Source: Candidatus Poribacteria bacterium
Lineage (GTDB): Bacteria > Poribacteria > WGA-4E > PCPOR2b
Length of the DNA stretch: 64,000 bases
Direction of reading: 5' to 3'
NCBI GenBank assembly: GCA_965208325.1
Contig: OZ242326.1
Coordinates: forward strand, 3,552,001 to 3,616,000
The notes beneath the pieces are model-generated. The model had not been told where the DNA came from and ran no database searches. It was given only the letters and a program-made list of their open reading frames with translations. Shown here piece by piece: positions 10,007-19,603 of the stretch. Position numbers and translations under genes: made by a program. Every line of letters begins with the position of its first letter. The stretch's first letter is position 1.

Positions 10007-10720
10007 ATGGAACTGAAAGAAGCCAAGAGGCAGTTGGATGAGCAAGGCTATTGTATATTGGAAGATTTGCTAGATCCCGATGAAGCCGGTCATCTTGATG
10101 CCCAAGCGCGCTCCTTCATGGGTCATCAGAACGCGCATATCTGGGGTACAAATGGATATCTTAGTCTGGAAGGGGCATTAAATCCCATACCGGAGTTGGC
10201 TCCGCTGTGTACGCATCCCACGATTCTTGAATTGGTGAAGATGGTACTCGGCGATGATTTTATCCTAGCGAACAACGTAGCAATGAAGTGGTGTAAACCC
10301 GGTGCAAAGGCAGGGGGTCTCCATTCTGCTTGGGCGGCAAGGGAGAGATCTCATACGTTTGTGGATTATTCGATTGATCTCCAAGTCTTCTGGATGCTTA
10401 CGGATTTTACGGCAGAAAATGGTGCTACGATGGTCGTGCCTTTTAGTCACCATTCGCGCCGTTCCCCGACACAAGAGCGCTACCCGCAGGAAATTCCCGT
10501 GGTTGGGAAAAAAGGCTCGGTGTTCGCGTTTTACGACACACTCTGGCATCGCAGCGGCGCCAACACCAGTAACGACCAGCATCGCATGGCTGCCAACATG
10601 CTTTATCTCCCTTCGTACATTTATATCCACACGGGACAGTGGCCGCCGATGAAACGTGAGCTCTACAATCAATTATCGACCCGCTTGCAGGAGCTACTAT
10701 CACGGTCGGTTGAAGCATGA
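10007..10720 (+). CDS. PhyH family paralog with an HxA iron motif (candidate halogenase or altered oxygenase)
   Basis: Tandem paralog of the previous gene; GGLHSAW aligns with GGLHVDW; distal WHRSGAN and the Arg are retained. Confidence 0.85.
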   Translation: MELKEAKRQLDEQGYCILEDLLDPDEAGHLDAQARSFMGHQNAHIWGTNGYLSLEGALNPIPELAPLCTHPTILELVKMVLGDDFILANNVAMKWCKPGAKAGGLHSAWAARERSHTFVDYSIDLQVFWMLTDFTAENGATMVVPFSHHSRRSPTQERYPQEIPVVGKKGSVFAFYDTLWHRSGANTSNDQHRMAANMLYLPSYIYIHTGQWPPMKRELYNQLSTRLQELLSRSVEA

Positions 10721-10967
10721 TGGCGGCGGTTTAGTCATCAGTTCCCCAAGATTTGATGATGTGTTACACCTTTTCCTTCGACCCGCGCACGCACCTAAAC
10801 CCGTACAGACTATTCCTGCCCCCCAGTTCTTTGTTGATTGAATGAAATCTCATGCCATTGACGTAAAAGTTTACTTTGCCATTTGCAGTGCGTTATGCCG
10901 CCGGTTTGGCTAACAAGACATTCAAAAACCTGCCCCAATAACAGATACCTGAAGGTTGGAGGACATT

Positions 10968-12776
10968 GTGAAAACTGAAGAGACTGGCGGGTTACCGTCG
11001 TGGGATCTGTCGGACCTTTATTCAGGCATAGAAGCCCCGGAGCTAGAAAAAGATTTGACGTCGATGACCGCTAAAGCGGCGGCATTTGAACAGGAATACA
11101 AAGGGTGTATTGTCCGACGTGATGTAACCGCCGATTTACTCCGATCGGCGTTGGAAGCCTATGAAAAATTACTGCAGGCACAGTACAAGCCCGGTGCATT
11201 TGCTAGCCTGCTGTATTCAACAGATACCGTAGATAGCCGCCGCGGTGCACTACTACAACGAACACGGGAGGTTGGTTCAGCTGCGGCAAAGCATTTAATT
11301 TTCTTCGAACTCGAAATTGGAAACATCCCGCAGGACACTTTCGATGGTTTAATCGGTCAACCGCAACTCGAACCATACCGTCATTATCTTCAACACCAAC
11401 GTGAGCTTGCAAAACACAACTTAAGCGAGGCGGAGGAAGGGATTTTAGAGGAAACCGCCAATACACGCGGCCGTGCATTTGAACGGTTATTCACCGAGAT
11501 AACATCACGTCAAATTTACCGCCTTGGCGCAGAAGAGCTGACTCAAAGCGAGCTGCTTGCGCGCTTCCACGACCCCGTCCGTGAAACGCGTAAGGCCGCC
11601 TCAACCGCCTTAACACATGCGCTCAAAGAGGGCGCCCACATACTGACATTTATCTTTAATACGCTGCTTCACGAAAAGCAGGTAATTGACCGTTTGCGCG
11701 GCTTTTCGACGCCAGAAGCAACACGTCACCTCGACAATGAGGTAGACGAGGCAGTTGTCAATATGGTTGTGGACGTGTGTGTGGACAATTATGGAACCGT
11801 CGCCGACTATTATCGCTGCAAGCGCGAGTTGCTAGGGCTGGATGAGTTGACCCACTACGATCGGTATGCTCCTATAACGAGCAAGCGCACTAAGTTCTCG
11901 TTCGAGGAAGGCAAAGACATCGTGCTCGACGCCTTTGGACGATTTTCAACGAAACTCACCGAAATTACCGAACCGTTTTTCAGCAGACGTTGGATTGATG
12001 CTGCCCTGCGAACCGGTAAACAGGGCGGCGCATACTGTGCCGCTATCACACCAGATTTACATCCATATGTTCTCATGAATTACACTGGCGAGCCGCGTGA
12101 CGTGATGACGTTAGCGCACGAATTGGGACACGGCGTTCATGATGTCCTTGCCAGCGAACAGAACTTACTTAATTACTACCCTGTCCTACCGCTGGCAGAG
12201 ACCGCAAGCACCTTCGGTGAAATGCTGGTCTTTGACGCGCTTCAAGCTAAGCTGTCTTCGCCGCATGAGCGGCTGGCTCTATTGTGCGGGAAGATTGAAG
12301 ACACTTTTGCGACTGTGTTTCGTCAAATTGCAATGTACCGCTTCGAGCGAGAAGCGCATCGCCTACGGCGTGAACAGGGCGAGCAGCCTACCGAAGCCTA
12401 CTGTGAACTCTGGCAGCAGACGATGCAGGAAATGTTCGGCGACTCACTGACGTTGGGCGAAGAACACCAGTGGTGGTGGCTTTACATCCCGCACATTAAC
12501 CAAAGTCCGTTTTACGTCTATGCCTATGCATTCGGCGAGTTGCTGGTGCTGTCACTTTATGCGAAGTATCAACACGAGGGCGGAGCGTTTGTGCCCGCCT
12601 ACTTTGAATTGTTGCGCGCTGGTAGTTCTGCGCCGCCTGCAAAATTAATCGCTGACATGGGAATTGACATCACATCTTCTGACTTTTGGCAAGGCGGATG
12701 CAATTTGATTCTCGAAAAAGTCAAACAGGCGAAGGAACTGGCAAAGACTATTAGCGTGGATAATGGCAGGTATTGA
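10968..12776 (+). CDS. pepF: Oligoendopeptidase F (M3B family)
   Basis: WDLSDLY, GKQGGAYC, HPYVLMNY, TLAHELGH, AETASTFGE, PFYVYAYAFG. Confidence 0.92.
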   Translation: MKTEETGGLPSWDLSDLYSGIEAPELEKDLTSMTAKAAAFEQEYKGCIVRRDVTADLLRSALEAYEKLLQAQYKPGAFASLLYSTDTVDSRRGALLQRTREVGSAAAKHLIFFELEIGNIPQDTFDGLIGQPQLEPYRHYLQHQRELAKHNLSEAEEGILEETANTRGRAFERLFTEITSRQIYRLGAEELTQSELLARFHDPVRETRKAASTALTHALKEGAHILTFIFNTLLHEKQVIDRLRGFSTPEATRHLDNEVDEAVVNMVVDVCVDNYGTVADYYRCKRELLGLDELTHYDRYAPITSKRTKFSFEEGKDIVLDAFGRFSTKLTEITEPFFSRRWIDAALRTGKQGGAYCAAITPDLHPYVLMNYTGEPRDVMTLAHELGHGVHDVLASEQNLLNYYPVLPLAETASTFGEMLVFDALQAKLSSPHERLALLCGKIEDTFATVFRQIAMYRFEREAHRLRREQGEQPTEAYCELWQQTMQEMFGDSLTLGEEHQWWWLYIPHINQSPFYVYAYAFGELLVLSLYAKYQHEGGAFVPAYFELLRAGSSAPPAKLIADMGIDITSSDFWQGGCNLILEKVKQAKELAKTISVDNGRY

Positions 12777-14260
12777 GGCGAGAATCAGTGATTCGCCTCT
12801 TTCCAAAAGACGATTGTAGAAAGATGAAATTAAACAATCAACGGAATCGGTTTATAAACTACCTCGAATCAATCCCAATCCAATGTCTCGGCGCAGCTAT
12901 CTTCTTTTGGATTTACCACAAGTTCCTAGTCTATCTGATGATGGATGGGCTCAATCTTGGCGCTGTAAAATTCGACAGCCATGTTGCACCGCTCTATGCG
13001 GAACCACAACCCAACCTGAGTTTGTGGGTATTTCCGGCGTTAATTATCCTCGCGGGGTTCGTTCTAATTTGCCGAAAAATACTACTCCGTCAAGCTACTT
13101 CGCGCGCTCGGTTTTTTGCAATTTCAATCTTGAGTTTTCTAGTCATCGGCATCAGCGTTGCGATGATTGACGGTTATCAAGAGGTGGATGGGCAGCACAT
13201 ACCCGCCTTCCTCGAACCGTACACACGGACTAGCTTGGAATACTATGGGGATGTACCGAAAGTTGACGCGGTGGGCGTCGAATCCTTTCTGCGAGACTAT
13301 GCGAAACCGGAACTGTTCCAAACTTTATCGCTACATTCCCAAACTCATCCACCGGGCGGCATTCTGTTTCTATGGATGGCCAGTAAATGCTTTGGTTATA
13401 ATCTACTGTCCGCCGCCCTTGCGACCATCTGCTTTACGAGTATAACCGTAATTCCAATCTATTGGCTCGCGAAGGACTTATACGGTGAAGTTGTTGGACG
13501 GTACGCCACGGTACTATTCTTGATTATGCCCAACTTTGTCATGTTCACGACAACATCCATGGATGGGCCGTTCAGTGTATTTCCCATGGTTAGCGTCTAT
13601 CTATTTTACAAAGCCACGTCCACCAGATCAACGCTTTACGCTGCCCTAACAGGAATTTCACTCGGATTTGGGATGTTTATGACCTTTTCAACTGTTTTCA
13701 TTGGACTGTTTTTTGGTGTTGTGACACTGCTTACACTAATGATGGATCGCAAACGGTTCAAAGGTGTGTTGACAGCATTGTTCATTGCCGGCGCGGCATT
13801 CACCGGATTCTATCTTCTAATGTTTGCGCTCACTAGGTTCAACCTACTTGACGTGTTAATGGCTGCGATTGAAAAGGACGAGAATTTAATGGGGACAGGG
13901 TACGAATCAATTTCGCGGTACTTTCACGTAAGCATTGCGAACCTGTTTGCCTTTTTAATCGGCATCGGAATACCCATAACGATAGTATGGTCGAATCAGA
14001 CTCCACGGATGTTTCGGCGAAGAGACATCTATGCGATTGGCTATTTTATCTCGTTGCTCGTAATTGCTTTTTCAACGCTGTACACAATGGAGGTGGAACG
14101 CATCTGGCTATTCATGGCACCGTTTGTCGTGATTCCAGTTGCAAAGTACCTTCGAGATCTCTGCGACGATCAACGGAGCACATCTCCATTCTATTGGGTT
14201 GCGGGGTTGTTGTGCCTTCAATTGACTCTGTTTGAGGCTACACTGTATACGTATTGGTAG
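12773..14260 (+). CDS. Polytopic membrane glycosyltransferase (GT-C, GT39-like)
   Basis: Many hydrophobic helices; THPPG motif; MDG; EVERIWLF. The true start may lie slightly downstream. Confidence 0.6.
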   Translation: MRRESVIRLFPKDDCRKMKLNNQRNRFINYLESIPIQCLGAAIFFWIYHKFLVYLMMDGLNLGAVKFDSHVAPLYAEPQPNLSLWVFPALIILAGFVLICRKILLRQATSRARFFAISILSFLVIGISVAMIDGYQEVDGQHIPAFLEPYTRTSLEYYGDVPKVDAVGVESFLRDYAKPELFQTLSLHSQTHPPGGILFLWMASKCFGYNLLSAALATICFTSITVIPIYWLAKDLYGEVVGRYATVLFLIMPNFVMFTTTSMDGPFSVFPMVSVYLFYKATSTRSTLYAALTGISLGFGMFMTFSTVFIGLFFGVVTLLTLMMDRKRFKGVLTALFIAGAAFTGFYLLMFALTRFNLLDVLMAAIEKDENLMGTGYESISRYFHVSIANLFAFLIGIGIPITIVWSNQTPRMFRRRDIYAIGYFISLLVIAFSTLYTMEVERIWLFMAPFVVIPVAKYLRDLCDDQRSTSPFYWVAGLLCLQLTLFEATLYTYW

Positions 14261-14323
14261 GACGAATTTGGGGGCTCTCCGATGCAATCGACAATATTTG
14301 CGACCAGCTTATTGACTAATACA

Positions 14324-16078
14324 TTAAACATCAGCAATACGAACTGCTTTATTCCTTCTCCGCCTCTTCTTTGACTTTTTCGAAGTCGGAGCGATCCGCG
14401 GCTTTTCATGTTCCTGTTTGGCACCCTTTGGTAGCTGTTTCCCATGCGCAGCCGTCTTTTCCTGCGTTGTTATCCCCTTCTCCAATCGAACATGGGCTTC
14501 ATATTCAGCGTAAGTCCCGATGAATTGCTTAGCTGTGCCGTTCTCAAAAACTACCAGTTTGGTGGCGAGTTTGTTCAGAAAGTAGCGATCGTGGGAGATT
14601 ATCAGGATTGTTGCGGGATACGCCGCCAAGGCTTCCTCAAGCACTTCACGAGATGGGATGTCGAGATGGTTAGTCGGTTCATCAAGAAGAAGCACATTCG
14701 CGTTTTCCATGAGCAACTTAGCTAGCATAACGCGGCTCTGTTCGCCGCCGCTGAGATCGCCAACCCGCTTGAACACTGAATCACCGGAAAACAGGAATTT
14801 TCCAAGGTAATTGCGAATCTCTCCTTGGGTGTGCGTTGGGCGCAACTCCCAAATCTCGTCGATTACGGTGTTCGCTGGATTCAGCCCTCCCAGTTCCTGA
14901 TCGTAATATCCGAACTGAAGATTGTGCCCTGTCTTTAGATTTCCCGTGGTCGGCTGTTCCTGATTGAGAATCAGTCGGAAAAGCGTTGTCTTTCCAACCC
15001 CATTCGGTCCAATGACTCCGATGACATCTTCACGGTGCGCTTCAAAGTACAAGTTTTCAAAAATTGACACACCTCCATATCGTTTGCCCAAATTCTCGCA
15101 TTGTAAAATGTCATTTCCGCCGCGCTCAGCCAGCGTGAAGTTGAGGTTCATTTTTGGTGTTTTGGTATGGGGCTTTTCGATTCGCTCTAACCGATTCAAT
15201 AGTTTCTGCCGCCCTTTCGCTTCGCGTGTGCGTTGCCCAGCGATGTTACGTTGAATAAACTCTTCCTCGTGAGCGATGTGCCGTTGCTGTTTTTTATACT
15301 CGCGTTCTTGGGTCAAAGTCTCGAGGTTTTTGGTTTCGAGATACTTGGTGTAATTTCCGCGGTACGTCTTAATCTTGTGATTATGGAGTTCCACAATTTT
15401 TCCAACAACGCGATCCAAAAAATAGCGGTCGTGTGAGATGACGATTGCCGCTCCTTGGTATTCAGTATTCAGGAAATATTCCAACCACTCAATCGCCTTG
15501 ATGTCAAGATGGTTGGTTGGTTCATCAAGAAGGAGTAGATCGGGCGCTTCAAGCAGCAATTTAGCTAGTGCGGCTCGGCTTTTCTGGCCACCGCTCAAAA
15601 TACCGCATCTTAGGTGAAAATCAGCATCACAGAACCCTAGCCCTCCCAGCGTTTTGTTAATCCGGTGCTCATAGCCGTAACCGCCGATGTTTTCATGCTG
15701 TTCCTGCATCCGGGCATATTCCTCTAATATCACCGGGTTATTCCTGTCGTCCTCCAGCCGTTCGCTTAACAAGAGAAGCCGATCTTCCAGATCTCGCTGT
15801 GCTTGAAATACCTTCAGCATCTCCTGGCGTAACGTACAGTCGGGATGTAAGTCGGTCTCTTGGCTGAGGTACCCAATCCTTGTCTTTTTCCCATGAACGA
15901 CCCTCCCTCGAAAATCTGGGATTAAACCCGATATAATTGAAATTAACGTGGTTTTACCGCTGCCGTTCGGACCAATGAGTCCGATCCGATCCCGATGTTC
16001 AATTGATAGAGATATATCATCAAGGATGAGGTAAGGGTCATACGATTTTGTGACGTGTTCCAATCTGACTAAAGACAT
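14324..16078 (-). CDS. ABC-F family ATPase
   Basis: Two ABC domains (GPNGSGKTT, GPNGVGKTT; LSGGQ/LSGGE; LLLDEPTNHLD twice); no transmembrane segments. Confidence 0.95.
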   Translation of the reverse strand: MSLVRLEHVTKSYDPYLILDDISLSIEHRDRIGLIGPNGSGKTTLISIISGLIPDFRGRVVHGKKTRIGYLSQETDLHPDCTLRQEMLKVFQAQRDLEDRLLLLSERLEDDRNNPVILEEYARMQEQHENIGGYGYEHRINKTLGGLGFCDADFHLRCGILSGGQKSRAALAKLLLEAPDLLLLDEPTNHLDIKAIEWLEYFLNTEYQGAAIVISHDRYFLDRVVGKIVELHNHKIKTYRGNYTKYLETKNLETLTQEREYKKQQRHIAHEEEFIQRNIAGQRTREAKGRQKLLNRLERIEKPHTKTPKMNLNFTLAERGGNDILQCENLGKRYGGVSIFENLYFEAHREDVIGVIGPNGVGKTTLFRLILNQEQPTTGNLKTGHNLQFGYYDQELGGLNPANTVIDEIWELRPTHTQGEIRNYLGKFLFSGDSVFKRVGDLSGGEQSRVMLAKLLMENANVLLLDEPTNHLDIPSREVLEEALAAYPATILIISHDRYFLNKLATKLVVFENGTAKQFIGTYAEYEAHVRLEKGITTQEKTAAHGKQLPKGAKQEHEKPRIAPTSKKSKKRRRRNKAVRIADV

Positions 16079-16209
16079 GATAAGCGTTTCACTTGAAATT
16101 AGGTTTCTGCGCTTGATGTTGCAGCGGCAACATTAGGTTGAGCGAAGATTGACTTTCTCCGAAAAACTGTGATACCATTCCGAAATATTGTCTCTAAAGG
16201 ACGTAAAAA

Positions 16210-17163
16210 ATGTCCATCGGAAATTATCTCTATCTGACAAGTGTCCCCAATCAAGAGGCAGAGCTGGTAAACGCTGAATCCGCGATTTTAACGGGTCACG
16301 CCCCAAATGCTTGCGGGATAACAATCTCAGAAAGATGTGTTGATGTCACACGTGGCGCCTATGTGAAGTCTTGCATGGAAATTCTGTTCGAAGGAGAAGA
16401 TATCCCAGAGGTTTGCGAACAGATAGAAACCTCAGGATTATACGCTGAAGATTTTCGTGTGTCGGTCGTCAAACGACCGCGCCGTCTGGCAGTGGACACA
16501 ATGAAAATCGCTCATCTCATTGGCGGAGTCATTGAGGGTGCAGTGTGTTTGGCACGACCGCGAGTGGTGTTTTTGGCCGTAATCACGAATGAAAAAGTCT
16601 GGTTGGGAAGGCTTTTGTCTGAATCGGACGGCTGGTGGCTTGTCCACCGAAAGCGTCCGTACATGACATCAAGCGCGCTTCCAACAAAACTCGCAAGAGC
16701 GATTGTCAACCTGATTGCCGACCCTTGCGACCGGCTTGTTGATCCGTGCTGCGGAACAGGTACAATTGTGTTAGAAGCCGCGCACATGGGGATTCGGGTC
16801 GTTGGGTATGACATCAATCCCAAGATGGTCAAGGCAACGCAGGGGAATTTGGCGCATTACAATTTGGACGCCAGTGTTTTACTCGGCGATGCGCGTCAAA
16901 TTAGCGAGCCGTTTGACGCCTTAGCGGCGAACCTACCTTACGGTATTATGCTGGATCGCACCCCGGTACAAGACCGGGAGATTTTGCAGAATCTCAATAA
17001 CGTAGCGCCCAAAGCTGTGTTTGTTGCAATCCAAGACCTAAGCAAACCGCTTGAAGATTTGGGGTATCGAGTTCGACAGATTGTGCACGCTCCCAAACAA
17101 AACATGGTGCGACGAATCTATATCACGGACACTGGATTTACGAGTAGAAGCATTGGAGAGTGA
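16210..17163 (+). CDS. RNA methyltransferase (Trm11/UPF0020-like)
   Basis: LARAIVNL, DPCCGTGT, GYDIN, NLPYG. Confidence 0.8.
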   Translation: MSIGNYLYLTSVPNQEAELVNAESAILTGHAPNACGITISERCVDVTRGAYVKSCMEILFEGEDIPEVCEQIETSGLYAEDFRVSVVKRPRRLAVDTMKIAHLIGGVIEGAVCLARPRVVFLAVITNEKVWLGRLLSESDGWWLVHRKRPYMTSSALPTKLARAIVNLIADPCDRLVDPCCGTGTIVLEAAHMGIRVVGYDINPKMVKATQGNLAHYNLDASVLLGDARQISEPFDALAANLPYGIMLDRTPVQDREILQNLNNVAPKAVFVAIQDLSKPLEDLGYRVRQIVHAPKQNMVRRIYITDTGFTSRSIGE

Positions 17164-17290
17164 TGCGTGGAAAGTTAAGACTATCACACTCACTATCCGT
17201 AGGATTTATTTATTAGCTCAGTTGACCGCTCAACCCAACCTACATTAACCAGATAGCGTGTCACCGAGCAGTTACGGAAAGACAGCGAAT

Positions 17291-18067
17291 TTATTCGTCG
17301 GCGCCGCGATACATTTCCTGCATCACTTCGCAGATATCTGGAGCATCTGCGAGGTATTGATTCTCTACCAGTTCTTTAAACTCATTGGGAATGCCGTGCA
17401 GCGCCTCGGCGATGGGACCTGCAATTGCGGCGAGCGTGTCGGCATCGCCGCCCAGCGAAATTGCATTACGCACTGCGTCTTCAAAACTCTCAGATTCCAG
17501 TGCACATGTGATTGCCTCCGGCACCGTTCCCTGACAGGTCTCGTCAAAAGAATAACCGGGACGGATATCGTCCACGGTTCGGCTCAGGTCGTAGCCGTAT
17601 TTGATAGCGATAGTTCGGCGAATGTCGGTTGTTGTCTCCCCTTGATACGCGAGCCAGATAGCGTGTGTTGTTGCCCGTGCGCCCTTCATCCCTTCTAGAT
17701 GGTTGTGAGTGATTCCCGTCACACTGTCGGCGGCATTTAGGGCAGCGTCAAGGTCGCCTCGGTTGAGGAAAGCGGAAGGCGAGACGCGCATTGCGGCTCC
17801 GTTGCCGTAACTTTCATAGGGTTCTGGTTCCCAATAAATCCACTGACCAAAAAATCCTCCGTATCCACGGCCCGGATGCCTGCGGCACCACTCCTGCATC
17901 GACTGCGCTGGTGGGAGGTTATTCATCAAGATATGAGCAACAGCCGCCGTGCAAACCGAATCATCTGTGAAATCGCATTGCGGGTCGAAGAATGAAAATT
18001 CTTTGGTTTTTATACGGTTCCACTCGTAAATTGATCCGACAATGTCGCCAATAATCGCACCTAGCAT
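17291..18067 (-). CDS. ADP-ribosylglycohydrolase (DraG/ARH family)
   Basis: MLGAIIGDIVGS, FTDDS, SYGNGAAMRVSP, ITHNH, GGDADTLAAIAG. Confidence 0.93.
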   Translation of the reverse strand: MLGAIIGDIVGSIYEWNRIKTKEFSFFDPQCDFTDDSVCTAAVAHILMNNLPPAQSMQEWCRRHPGRGYGGFFGQWIYWEPEPYESYGNGAAMRVSPSAFLNRGDLDAALNAADSVTGITHNHLEGMKGARATTHAIWLAYQGETTTDIRRTIAIKYGYDLSRTVDDIRPGYSFDETCQGTVPEAITCALESESFEDAVRNAISLGGDADTLAAIAGPIAEALHGIPNEFKELVENQYLADAPDICEVMQEMYRGADE

Positions 18068-18094
18068 ATCTCCTCCAGGTTACATTCAGTGTCT

Positions 18095-18529
18095 TTAATT
18101 CTCCTCTTCATCGTAAAAATCTGTTTCGCCAACGTATTCATCGTCTTCGAGTTCGTCTTCCTCCTCGTACTCTTCGTATTCATCGGACCCCATCAAGATA
18201 TCGAGTTCTCTAGGTCCCTCTATAGTCATCTTACAGATCCAACCATCTCCCTCCGGCGAACGATTGATTAGATCTGGATTATCTTCAAGGGCGACGTTCA
18301 CCTCGATAATTTCCCCTGTAACTGGGGCATACACGGGAAAAGTACCTCCGTCGGCAACTTCAATCCTGCCAAATGTGTCTTCCTGCTCAAGTTCGTCTCC
18401 AACCAACGGAAGTTCCACAAATACAATGTCGCCATAGGCCTGTTGGGCACGTTCGGTGATGCCAACAACCCCTTCTGAGTTAATAACCTCAATCCATTCA
18501 TGTGTGGTCGTATATTTTACTTCACTCAC
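18095..18529 (-). CDS. Glycine cleavage H-like protein lacking the lipoyl lysine, with an acidic tail
   Basis: YTTTHEW, VGIT, GDIVFVELP, YAPVTGEIIEVN, P.LIN..P.G.GW; the ESVK motif is replaced by EVAD. Confidence 0.85.
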   Translation of the reverse strand: MSEVKYTTTHEWIEVINSEGVVGITERAQQAYGDIVFVELPLVGDELEQEDTFGRIEVADGGTFPVYAPVTGEIIEVNVALEDNPDLINRSPEGDGWICKMTIEGPRELDILMGSDEYEEYEEEDELEDDEYVGETDFYDEEEN

Positions 18530-18764
18530 GGTTCAGCCTCCCGAAGTTCCAAATCCCCAGTATTCACGTATTTTTTACGGGGTAGATAACTTCAATACCT
18601 GAACGGATGTTCTGCTTATGCTGAAATATGTCCTCATGGTAGCGTATTCAATTTGCTTTCGTGCAATGTCTTTTTGCTATGCGGTGCAAAATAAATAAAC
18701 CATCGCCTGTCTTTTGAGATAACACCATTGTGAAAATCCCTCCGAGTCGCATTCCGCTGTCGCG

Positions 18765-19535
18765 CTAGTATTTGGCGGCAAACACTGCGAGTTTCCCAGG
18801 GTTTTCCCATGCGAGCTGAACGCCAGAAAAACCCGCTTCTCGAAGCAACCGGTTCTGGGTCGCTACAGAAAGCGTAATGTCGTAGTTCCATTCAGCACGA
18901 TTTCCACCGGGGAGATTGGAGATCCATCGGTTGAACCAGTATAAGGTCTCAATTTCACCGTCAGGAGAATTCGACTGATCGCCCTCAATGTACAAGCCGG
19001 TGGGACGCAGCGCATTTCTCACTTTTTTGTAGACGCGAACCTTCTGCTCGGGTGGTAGATGGTGCATGGTAAGGGTTGAGATTGCATAGTCATATTCGTC
19101 CTCACCCAGTGGCAGGTCGAGTAACGACCCTTGAACGAGTTTCAATTGAGCGGCAACACTGTCAAACTTAGACTTCAGTTGCTCAAGCATTTTGGGAGCC
19201 AGGTCAATTGCAGTTACCTTAGCATTAGGGGCTTTGGCAAAAACGAATTCGAGTTGTATGCCAGTGCCGCAACCAAGATCTAGAATGTCCACCTCTGCTT
19301 GAGTCATTGGGATTGGACGCGCAACAGCTTGGTAAAACGGGTCATCTGACTCGACACCGAACTTCTTGTCCCATATGTCGGCAGTGTCATTGAAGCATCC
19401 GTACAGTTCCTCAATACCGTCGCACATCCACTCTGGAACGTCATCACCAGCTGGTCCCGGCGCGATACGGAGTTCCTCTTTCCTCCGCAGAAACTCCTCG
19501 TCTACTTTGTTCGCCTCGTACGTTTGATTAGTTAT
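18765..19535 (-). CDS. Class I SAM-dependent methyltransferase
   Basis: ILDLGCGTG, AIDLAPKML, TMHHL. The frame stays open upstream of the track start (19427) to an ATA at 19535 that follows AAGAGGAG. Confidence 0.85.
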   Translation of the reverse strand: MTNQTYEANKVDEEFLRRKEELRIAPGPAGDDVPEWMCDGIEELYGCFNDTADIWDKKFGVESDDPFYQAVARPIPMTQAEVDILDLGCGTGIQLEFVFAKAPNAKVTAIDLAPKMLEQLKSKFDSVAAQLKLVQGSLLDLPLGEDEYDYAISTLTMHHLPPEQKVRVYKKVRNALRPTGLYIEGDQSNSPDGEIETLYWFNRWISNLPGGNRAEWNYDITLSVATQNRLLREAGFSGVQLAWENPGKLAVFAAKY

Positions 19536-19603
19536 GGTAATGCTCCTCTTAGCTCATCTAGTATGTGTTATTCTTGCTTTGGTTCACATTGCTATAGTTC
19601 TTT

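Noticed and set aside
18095..18529. Canonical gcvH
   Set aside because: The lipoyl-lysine motif is absent and no other glycine cleavage genes are nearby.
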